Made by a program: the position numbers and the translations under genes
Notes under the pieces: generated by a model
Databases searched by the model: none
What the model saw: the letters and a program-made list of their open reading frames with translations, nothing else
Told to the model about the DNA's origin: nothing
Shown: piece by piece, positions 51,401 to 63,400 of the stretch
Numbering within the stretch: the stretch's first letter is position 1
How the letters are laid out: each line of letters begins with the position of its first letter
Source of the DNA: Callorhinchus milii
Taxonomy: Eukaryota
Reading direction: 5' to 3'
Length of the DNA stretch: 64,000 bases
NCBI RefSeq assembly: GCF_018977255.1
Contig: NW_024704742.1
Location: 37,820,001 to 37,884,000 of the forward strand

Positions 51401-54400
51401 CGATTCTTGTAAACTGCGGAAATCCTGACTCAAGAATAAATGTGGATAATATTTATCATAAAGGCTCATTCTCCTATGGCATTTCCAAAATATCTGCCCT
51501 CAGTTCTCAGCTGCTATTATGTTGCAAGGTATGGTGCAGTCGCGAGGAGTAAGGAGAAACAGATAAAATCAGATACAAACTGAGAAAAGAAGCAATGAAA
51601 AGAAAATGGTAAATTGCTCTACTTTTGTTCCAAACATTTTCCTCCATCCATAATCTCATACTGGATGTATTTCCATAAACCATACCCTGTACAAATGAAT
51701 CAGGTTGCATTTCATCATCCATACACAATTCATATTAATAAATTATTATGTTTATAAAGTCAAATAAATATTTGAGCGCTAATTTACTTCACTTAATCTG
51801 CTTTGTAAATGTTGTACCTCATGTTCGTAACTGTCTACTGATTTATCTAGACACGTTGCTCCTAAGGATGGCATATTCTTTCTGGATACAAAAAAATCCA
51901 GGTCATATTTAGTTGACTGTGGAGATTTAGAGAAGGGACATTTTGAGACAGAAGCCTGAAGCACTGAGCTGCGGTAAGGAGATCTCAGGTTTTGGAAGGT
52001 TGAGGTGATAGAACCTGAAAAAACAATTTTAAAGTAAGTTTACATCCACAATCATATTGTACATTATTAAAACAATCTTCTGCCAAACCAATCACACCAC
52101 CAAGTACAACCTTTGATCAGTTCACAATATCACAAGGGAGGTCAGATGAAGAAGTCTCTTTGCCCTATTTGATCTTATCCTTACATAATATCCACCCTAC
52201 CATTACACCATAAAGATGTGTCAAACAAATCCATCATCTGGCCTCAAGTACCCTTCCTGGTAATGAACTCCAGTTGTTAATTACCCTCTGTATAAATAAA
52301 TAATTCCCAGTACCTGCTTTGAAATTACCCTTCACAACCCTGAACCTGAGTCCTCTTGTTCGGTGGTCTTGTCATATCAGAAAGTATTATTCTGGGTTTA
52401 CTTTCTCAATCCCATTTAAAATATGTAAACAATCGGTCACCGAAAGGGTCTAAAGAAAACATCTACCATACCGAGTTCCCATTAAGTTAAGAGTTCCAAA
52501 CTGTTCTTAAATTTGCTTTGAACACCTGTTTATGAGTAAGATTCACTTGTTTTTGGTTAAAACATATTGTAAACCCCAATGGTCTTGTGAGCAAAGCCAA
52601 TGAGGTTATGGCAAATTGTCCTCAGCACCCGGGATTAGGCAGGATGTATTCACATAAGGTTCAAGCCCCTAATCACAATCCAGTAACCATATATGTAGAA
52701 TTTAACTGAGGACAAGATCCGGAAATCACAAATAAAAGCATGTATTTTAATAAAACAGGGCATCATTTTTTTAATATAAATTGGACGTGGTTTCCCCCTG
52801 TATGTGAAGGCAATATCCAATAAAAATAAAAGGTGAATACAATCAATTTCTCATATCTTTACAATGTCGTTTTGGGCTTAAAACTAAGTTCTATAAGGTC
52901 TCCTAAAGTTCAAGCGTGTTCACCAAAATGTTAACACAGAACCTTTCCTTCCTTCTGACCACAAAAAGCATGAGCACTGTACATGCAAATAACCCATTAT
53001 AAATATATTAAAGAATCAAGACTACCTCCCCCAGAGGGAGAGAGTGCACATTCCATTCCAAACATGGGAATTTCCATGTAAAGGTGGTACATAACTCTCA
53101 GTTTGATTTGGATACTCTTAAGCATTGTGATGAGTTTTCCACATGTGTCAAGACACCCGGCTGACCAAAAGAAAATCCCATGGGAAATTGGACACGTCAG
53201 TACGTACGTTCTGCTGATGGTGTGTCATTGAGGCTACTTGATAATTCATCAAGATTGCAATCTCTAGCCTTGTTAAATGTCCAGCTGAATTTGTCCATTG
53301 TTAACTTTGAAGCACGTTCCACCTCTTCCTGGAGTTTTTTCGTTTCTTGGGTTTGCCTTTCCAGTTCTTTTCTGTTGACAATGAGAATAAAAATATGGTG
53401 TATAATGTGAAGCTGAAATTGTTTGTTAGAAAATGCAACTTGCATTTCCAGTGATGGAATTCCACTTTGGAGAGAACTTGAATTTTGACACTTGCTATCT
53501 AAATCCAGCTCTGAGAACCAGGTTGAGAACGCCAATAGGCTGAGGAGACTGACATAACCAAAATTAATTTCAAACTCTAGAAGTAAAACAACTTACCAAG
53601 CAAGTCTAGACTCCATAGTCTTGTGCTAAATTGGTAGTTTTCATACCGAAAGATATGGATTAGCAGACTAATGTCAGGGCTATTCTTCATTCTATACTGT
53701 AGTACAAATGTCATTGATGCGAATCAATTTACCCAGTTGTTTAATAACATAATCTAACTGGCATTTCCTCAATGATATCTCCGAACCAAAGGAATTTGGA
53801 GCTGGCAACATCAAACAGCCTAATTACTTTATTGAAAATAAACCTCTGTCATAACTTTGATGATCTCAAATAGGAGGAAGCTGACACAACATAACTAAAT
53901 TAAGAATCTATGATAATTGTATCAAATAGATCAGTGAATACCCTCCTTGGAATGTAAAAGTAAATATGCATAAAACTAAAAACAAATATTTTTCTCACTG
54001 AGATCCTACGTAAAGGGCTGAGGCCCATAGTCAGTGTACCAACGAAGTTGAAACTTGCAAAAAATAGCATACAAGTGAAGAGGTGGTATTAGTAGTAGTT
54101 AGATAATTCTAACCTTGGGTAAGAAGATTGTAGCAGGAAGTTCTACAGTTTTGAGGTCCTATAATAGTTAGAGCTAAGAGTAGGAGAGAGTGCAATGAAT
54201 CTTCTTTTTAACACAGCGAGGATGAAAGAAAAGTGTCACCTCAGCAAGGAAGAACATGAATGTTGATAGCATCTCAAAATGATAACACCTTTTGAATTAC
54301 TCTCTAGTAACCGTTTTTGTAGAAAAATGTGACAGTCATTTTGCTCCAACAAAGTTCAACCAACAGTTAAAAGATGAATGATCACGCTTATCCAAGGAAT

Positions 54401-57400
54401 ACTGGGAAAAACTCCCTTCTATTTTCACATAGGGTCATGGCATCTTTAACGTCCTCCTGATCAGGCAGACAGGTCGAAGCACGATGTGGAACTTGAACCC
54501 ACAACGTTCTGACTTAGAAGGAAGAAGAAGGAGTACTAGCACCCGAGCACAGCTGACATTTGAATACCGAGTGGAAGAGGTCATTGATGTAATTAATGTA
54601 ACCTTAATTTAATAACCACCTCTGGGTAAAGTATGCAATTAATTTTTCTTTTGGGAGAAGGGCTGTGCGGGTTAGCATAAGGTTTCCTTCAGATATTCAG
54701 ATGGCCTTATAAGAAGTAAATCACGTGTACAGTTTAGAATCAAACTAACCCTGAAACGCCACAGGTGTATTTGCACATGGTAATTGAACCCAACACTAAC
54801 CTCAGTTCCAATAGATTCTTGGCTGGTCTTGGGTTGGCGCATAAATCTGGAAAGAAAAAAAAATTGATTATTTACAACTGTTTACTTTGGCATTACAATT
54901 GCATTTGTAATGGATCTGACCCCTAATTTACAAATTTTAATATAAGCTCCTCTGATGTCTCAGCGGGTTTATTCAATGAGCAGCTCAGCCCTACAAATCA
55001 AACAGTCCCAGGCTTCAGGGTTGGGAAGAAATAAACCAAGTTGGCTTAGCAATAATCAAGATGGCAACCAAATGTTCTCAATTGGGCTTCAGACCAAATT
55101 ATTGTAAGGAAGTTGGGCGGGTGGGGGGGAATGGGATGGGGAGGTCAGTGTCTCAGCCAATCTTTAGATGGATAGAAAGATGTTATGTTTCATAATTAAC
55201 TCATGAATAATCATAATTATTACACTGAATCTGTTATGAAACATTATATTGTTTTTAGCAAGGCTTGATTCCATCTTAAATAGATTTGTATGTAAATTCA
55301 ATGTTTCTGCAATTCTGAAAGTGTAAGATTACAAAGAATATACTGTAATATGGAATAATTACATAGCACTGGAAATAAAATGTCTTTACCATTGATACTG
55401 TAAATAGGACACATATTTTCTAAATTAAAACAATGTGATCGAGCTGCACCAGATGAATGTGACACTTCAGCTCATAATCAGGCAGAACCACCAGAGGCCT
55501 CGTCCAAAGTGCTTCACAGGATTTTACTGTAAAATGCAGCGACTGAGAGATTTGTGAATGAACACAGCAGCCAAGTTGTTCAAGTATTCTCCACAAACAG
55601 CCAATTTTATCTGTGGGGAATTGTTGGCCAGGACACAGGGCGATACTCCTTTCTCTTTTGAATAGTGCCATGGGATGAGATCTTTAACATCCACATGAAC
55701 AGGCAGACAGGGTCTTGGTTTAATGTCTCTAGATCATATCTACTAGATATAATTTGCTTGAGATTTTCAAAAGTTTGACAACTGAGGCTGTTTTCAAAGT
55801 AGCAAATTAGATAGCTGGAATTGAAAATTCCCTTAGTGTCTGGAAGAGGAGGGTAACTAAAATTGTTGTGTATTTACAAAATAAAAACCTGGGTATTTTT
55901 TCCATGGTCAGGGAGAAAAATCAAAGGAATTTACCTCCATCCCCAAAAAACACCTTGCTCCAATGTAAATTCTGTCAATAAACACATTATACAACGCAGA
56001 TAAGATGGTCCCAGCATTACAACACATTCCCAGAACTGGCATTGCAACCAGGCAGGATTTGAGGTGTATGTGTACCATCACAAAAACCAAATAAAATTCT
56101 GGTGAAAATAATTGTTTTACTGATTTTTTTTCACCAAAGAGGTGTGTATTGGTAACAAACAACTAAACGGTCCTAAGAAGAAACTAATGATAATTGAGTC
56201 AAACTGTCTTGGTTAGCGCAGTGATGAGTGGTGTTATACGGGTATGTTCTGGGTGCCTTGCCATTTGCACTACAGTAATCACAGACAATCACAAGGCAAT
56301 GTCTGTATGAAATGTACAAAAATACCAAAGGGTAGACTGACAGTGTTCAAAGCTAAGTGTATGAGCTACAAAGCTAAAGATGGATTGTAATGCGGAAATT
56401 CACACTGTAACAGATTACATTATGAATAGCACACAATAATGGAGCAATTATTGGATTGGTAAAGTTAGAAAAGAGAATTGTTTACAGATTGGTTTGAAAA
56501 TATTCAAGAAAACATAAAGCAGCAACCAATGATGCTAGACAAAATACCAGGGTGCCCCTCAAGGTCATATGTAACAAGATATTTTAAGCTTGTATTGTTT
56601 ATTTCTGAAGCCACAATTGAATGCAGTGGTGGAGACTCTCCCTTCAAAAGAACATTGAAGCATTGGAGAAAATTAAGAGAAGAGGGGCATAGATGATTTT
56701 GTGACTTAAAAATTCATACGAGGCTATAGAGCTGAACATATATTCACTGTAGAGGAGACACACAAATGAGCACAAGGAAGACAACTGAGATAATTGAAAT
56801 ACTAAATGGTATGGACAATCCAAATGTATGCGCCTTATTTATTGTTGAATAATTGATGAACTGGAGGACACAAGTAGAAAGCTAGAAAGCTTTCAGGCTG
56901 GAGATTAGGGGGAAAAAATCCTCTTTTAGAAAACAGCAGATATGTGGGACAGATTCCCAACAAAAAGTAATTATTACCATGCTGACTGACTCCTTCACTA
57001 GATATTCACATAGCTGCTTTTAAAGAGCAGGATTAAGTTATTCGGATGAATAAAATAAATATTTGAGTAAATTCAGAACATTATGAGTGAGGTTCCCCTA
57101 CTGTTGGCCCAAGGAAATGCAATTTGTGGAAGTTGCATAATTTGCTTCAGTGAATAACATAGTATCATTGAAAGTTATTTGCATCCCAAGGGGGTGGAGG
57201 AGGAGAGGAATTTTACCTACTTGGTTCCTGATTGCCCTGAAAACTAACGTCTTAACAGGTAGGCTAGGCCAGACTTTACAAATGGCATTGGAGGAACAGA
57301 ATGCTAATGCTGCTAAATTGTGAGGAAACATGCAGAAAGTTGCAGGAGAGCAAAAAATAATTATCATTAATGGGCAATTCATAGTTGAGAAATGTAAAAT

Positions 57401-60400
57401 AAATAGCATTTTGGTAAAAACAAGAAAGAAATGTTATACTTCTTAAAAATGTTGAGGAACAGAGACATCTATATAAGAATAATCTTTGCACTGGAATGTG
57501 GTGTACTGGAAGTGAAAAACTAATTGGTCAGTGGTTCTTTCCATGGGAAAACTGATGGGCTAATGGCCTTTTCCTTTCATGACCTGTTGATAGGTTGCTT
57601 ATTCAGCTGTACAGAGCCTTGGTCTGACCTAATCTGGAGTGCTGTGTTCAGTTTTGGGCACCCCACCCCAAGAAAGAGATACTGGCCCTATAAGTGGTCC
57701 AGTGCAGATTCACTAAAATTGTAACAGGGCTTAAGGGCTTAAATTATGAGGACAGGTTGCATACACTTGGTCCAAGTATTCTCTTCTGTTTAGAAGATTG
57801 AGGGATCATCTGATTGAGGTGTTTAAAATAAAAAAGGGATTCAAGAGGGTTGATTCAGAAAAAAACAATTTCCTCTGGTGGGGGAATCCAGAATGGGGGC
57901 ATAATTTAAAATTTAGGAGTGAAATCAGGAAGCATTTTTGTGGAAAGGGTAGTGGAAATCAGGAACTCTCTCCCCCGAAAGCCTGTGGATGCTGGATCCA
58001 TTCATATTTTCAAGACCGAGGTTCGATGCAATTGAATTAAAAGAAGGCTTGCACCGGTGTAGCATGTGCATAAAAGCTACAGCTGAGTGGGGAGCTCCCT
58101 GGTTCAAATCAGTGCTGAGTTTCCTCGTCTCAGCCAGGAGTGCACGAGGAGGTTAAATGGGTCCTGGCCTCAAGGTTAGAGAGAGGAAAACAGCCAGGTT
58201 TCCTGTGGTTTCTTTACTGTGCAGGTGTGCAGCAGTTGGGCGGGGAGAGGCTGGGCTACCTTCTACGTTGAGTGTCCGGCTGCCAAGATACATACATGAA
58301 CAATGACCACATAGCAAAGTATCAGACAACTAGTAACTCACAACTGCACCCCAACAAGTGGAGGCCAAAATAGGAGCAAAGAAAGATGTGTATGCCAGTG
58401 GAGAGAAGATTAGAAAAATAATTTATATTACTAAGTTTATATAACATTACATTTATATTTAAAAAGCCACACAAAACTGGAGGATTTCCTGGGCATAATC
58501 TTAGTTTTCTTTACAATTCATATTTTGCTTAAAAGACGATGGCGCTAGTCGATGGGCAGCTGCATTAGCAGCAACTGAAGAATGGGAGTCAACTATCCTT
58601 AAAGAGAGGAAATAATCAATTTGTGTATTAAACTAGGATGTCACCCTAGTTGTTAAATCAATACACCATCTCTCATGACCTCTCTCATAACCTCTTCCTC
58701 TTTGTTCGATATTATTGCCAAAGTCTCAGTGATTCACTGGCAAATGCGCAGGATAAACACAGCATTCGGTGATTTCAATCAGCAGCTAAAATGTGGCAAA
58801 ATAATAATCAAGGCACTCGCTCACCTTTAGCTTTATATGGGGTAATTCCTTCCTTTCCTGTTTCTGAGGCATGTAGACTGGGCTGACAAGAGTCAACAGA
58901 TGATAATAAACGTCCACTAGCCCCTAGTAAATGAACAGCAACATAAAATTGGATTTGTTACAGTATAGACACCATTGTACTTTCTCAGTATCAAACCGGG
59001 TTATAAAATGTTATGTATACAACAACAACAAGATTACATTTGTATAGTGCCTTTCATGTCAGGACACAAAAACAAAACAATACGTAGTTTCCTTCTAAGC
59101 AGTAACATGCTCTTTCTTAATGAAATTCATACAAAATGGATGTAATGGTTTAGCAAAAAACAGAAACTGGGCTTGAACACTGAATTGGTTCCAAAGTCCA
59201 CACATCCTTCATGTGATTTGGATCTACAGGAAATATTAATCTCGATTAGACCAGTGAGGAAAGGCAAAGAAGTAAATGATGGATGGGTTATTTGTACAGT
59301 ATGAATCTGATGTAAGCGGTCAATAGTTTATCAGCAATCTCCGATGATGGGAATTGAGTATTGCCAAAGTAGTGCTGAGAAATACTGAGAAATCATGAGT
59401 ACAACCACAAGAGATGACAGAGGAAATAATCAAAGAAAAATCAAACACAAGGGAAATGTAAAACTCAGGAGAATGACTTAATAGTTAGTGTATAGCACAA
59501 AGAAGGCACAAGCAAAAGGCAAAGGTGAATAAGATGGTCAGGGAGCCAGTCAATCCAGTATATGCTTAATCCAATATTTGGTAAAAAAAAAGTATTGCCT
59601 TTGCCAGAGGCCTGGGTACAGCTCTATTGGGTGAGGAATGTTGTGCACTCAGGGAAAAAACATTCAATAGAGAAAATGTTTGAATTGCAAGGTGTACTGT
59701 ACACTACAATGACGCTATCATCACTACTAGTTCTTTAGTTCCAACTCACTTAAGCGGCAAGACTTCAAAAGCTCAAACTAGCAAATTATAAATACATAGT
59801 ATAACATCCACTTACACTGTAATTGTAAGCCCTACCCATTTCCAACACAAATCACATTTTCAGCGACAATGCTCAAGTCTGTAAAATCGGGACAATGTTA
59901 TATTTCTAAGTCTGAATTATGTTTTTTTTGATCACGGAACATAAAGGCCTCAATTTTTTTTAAAAAAACCTTAATATATCTTTTCTTTCCTCATTAGCTC
60001 TCTTTCCTGACCCTATGCATCTCCCCAATGCATAATAAAGGGGTTCTACTCAAAGATCACCCTGGCAAAGAGTTGCTCGAGAATGGTTTGGGGACACTGG
60101 TCTGAGTCCCCCTTCCCACAACACACAATTACCCCATAGAAGAATTAGGGGAAATCTTATTGAAACATATAAGATTCTTAAAGGGCTGATAAAGCAGCCA
60201 CTGAGGGTCTGTTTCCCCGGTAGGAGAATCTATAACCAGGGGTCACAGTCTTAAAATTAAGGATCAGCCTTTTAGAACAGAGTTGAGGAAACATTTCTTC
60301 ACTCAGAGGGTAGTGAATTTATGGAATTCTCTACCCCAGAAGGCTGTAGATGCTCAGTCCTTGAACATATTCAAGACTGAGATTGATAGATTTTTAAAAA

Positions 60401-63400
60401 ATAGAGGGATTAGGGCATAGGGCAGGTAATTAGAGTTAGGTCTGAAGATCAGCCATGATCTTATCAAATGGCGGGGCAGGCTCGAGGGGCCGAATAGCCT
60501 ACTCCTGCTCCTAATTCTTATGTTCCTATGTTCTTATATTAGCAAGTCTATTGAGTGGTCGCGCTTATCAAAATAACTCTGGACCAATATAGCCTATGGG
60601 ACAAGATAGGTCATTCATGGATCTGTTCTATTATCGGAGTTTCTTCATCTTTTGAGGAATGATTCTGCAAGCATTTCCCTACCCCAATAAAAGTATATCA
60701 ACTATATTTCAGAAGGATTAACTTTGTGACACTTCGAGTTAGTGGTTTTATTTATTTTAAATTAAGTGTTAAACTTTACAAAATATTGTGATGTTCACAT
60801 ATAACTCTGCCCATTGACTACTACAGTTCAGACCATGACTTCATATCTTTGTGACATCAACAAATTGAGGGGACTTATTCTCAATCCTCATATATCTCAT
60901 CTTCAGCAGGGAAGATCATTCTCCAACCAATCTCATTTTAGAACTTAAATCAAGGTTGTCACATCAGTTTCACATTGAACAGAATAATTCGGTGCAGGAA
61001 TGACAATAAGGGTGTCATAGTAAATAGTGAACTTCAGATGGTGGAACTTGAAAAATTAAGCTGGAGTTTTATTTTTCTAGTTTTTAATGCATGTTAAAAA
61101 TAAAAAAACAGGTATTTCTTACCGTTATAGTTGGACTGCAATGGCAAAACGTGGGGGACAGGGTGCAATGATGGGGTTGTGACATTGTGACATAGTTCAT
61201 AAAAATAATCAGGTCATGCAATTAAACAGCAGAGTATAACAAGGGAATTATTTTTACTTGGGAGGTAAATGCTGAAGTTTTCATTTAGTATACACAGTGA
61301 TGGTAACTTTGTTCAGTTACAATTGTAAATTCATGATAGGATGTTTTTCATGCTCATCCTATTTTTAAAAAAGAATTCCCCTCCCAGGTCTTTGTACACA
61401 GGATGCCATTCTTGGCCAGTCAGCGAATGACTTGCTCATAATCCTCTGTTTTTACATCCCTTTCTTTTCATTCAACATCCTCCAGAAAGCACAATTTATT
61501 TTGTTTATAAAATATCTCTCTGTCTGTGCCTTTGATCAGTATCTTTGTTTCAGAATGAAATATTCCTTCAGATACAATGTTTGTGGGTTGCTCATATGGT
61601 CTTGACATGAAATCTATTGAACAGTAATCATTTTCAAGCAATCACTGGAAAATTAAGCTGAAAACATTTGAGCTGATGTTTCAAAAATATTTTCCCACAA
61701 CTTGAACTCCTATGCACTCCACATAAATTTCAGTAAAGAGTTCATGGCTTAGAATTAACTTTTCCAAAATCATCCGAGCAATCATTCCCGTAATAAAGAG
61801 CATAAATACATGTCTCAAGACCTACTATCTCTTTGACCGCCCTTTCAGTCATCTCTCCCCTCCCCACCTCTCTTGGCTCCCATCCCAGCTCAGGTGCCCA
61901 GACCGTAATGTTGAGTGCTTTGGGATGACCTCCCGACATGTGAGGCGTAAATTTGTATTGGTTATACAATTAATGCACCATATTTTATAGCTCTTGCTCT
62001 GCTCAGAGACCTGAGTTATTCTCTTACCACAACCATTGACAATTGGTCTCAGTATCTCTCTTTTGAGACGAAGGGGTGGGTGGGGTGGAGCAAAATTAAG
62101 ATTCTAGCTCTGATCTCTATAGTGATCTCTCTCTAACAACAACAACAACAACTCGTATTTATACAGCGCCCCTCCCACAGGGTAGTGCCCCAGAGCGCTT
62201 GACAGTGGCTGAGCACAACACCGAGCCGGGGTGGGGGGTGGGGGGAGGTGACTGTAAGAGCGGTTGAAGAGAAAGATCTTCAGGTGCAACCTGGAAATGG
62301 GGACGGAGAGAGGGAAAGCGCGGCCGCCGACGGTGGAACTAAGGGCACGAGGGACAAGCGGAGGCCGGGGCCGGAAAACCGTTAGCATAAGCCATGAACC
62401 CCCCCCCTCTCCCTCTTTACTGGAAACTGGGATGAAGCCCATCACACCGCGGATACAAAGAAAAAAAAAGTTTGTGGAACAAACGGGAGGAGCTGTTCAC
62501 TGGGGGGGACTGACTGATCGGCAGCGACATCACTCATCTGTTGGAGCGCTTCCCCCTCGGGGTGTGGGGGGGTGTGGGGGGGGGGGGACCATCGCGCCTT
62601 TCACCCACCATCACTAGCGCTGGGCATTTCGAAAGTAACGACCCCCCCCCCTCCCCGGGCTCCCTGCCCCCCCCCCCCCCCGGGCTCCCTGACCCCCCCC
62701 CCCCCCCCCCCGGGCTCCCTGACCCCCCCCCCCCGGCCGGCTGCCCCCCCGGGCTCCCTGTCCCCCCCCCCCGGACTCCCTGACCCTCCCCCCCCCGGGC
62801 TCCCTGACCCCCCCCCCCCGGCCGGCTGCCCCCCCCCCGGGCTCCCTGCCCCCCCCCCCGGCTCCCTGCCCCCCCCCCCGGGCTCCCTGACCCCCCCCCC
62901 CCGGGCTCCCTGTCCCCCCCCCCCGGACTCCCTGACCCTTCCCCCCCCCCGGGCTCCCTGACCCCCCCCCCCGGGCTCCCTGTTCCCCCCCCCCCGGGCT
63001 CCCTGTCCCCCACCCCCGGGCTCCCTGACCCCCCCCCCCCCGGGCTCCCTGTCCCCCCCCGGGCTCCCTGACCCTTCCCCCCCCCCGGGCTCCCTGACCC
63101 CCGGGCTCCCTGTCCCCCCCCCCCCCGGGCTCCCTGTCCCCCACCCCCGGGCTCCCTGTCCCCCCCCGGGCTCCCTGACCCCCCCCCCGGCCGGCTGCCC
63201 CCCCCCGGGCTCCCTGTCCCCCCCCCCCGGGCTCCCTGTCCCCCCCCCGGGCTCCCTGTCCCCCCCCCGGGCTCCCTGACCACCCCCCCCGGCCCTGCCC
63301 CCCCGGGCTCCCTGTCCCCCCCCCCGCCGGCTGCCCCCCCGGGCTCCCTGACCCCCCCCCCCCCCGGCCCTGCCCCCCCCGGGCTCCCTGCCCCCCCCCC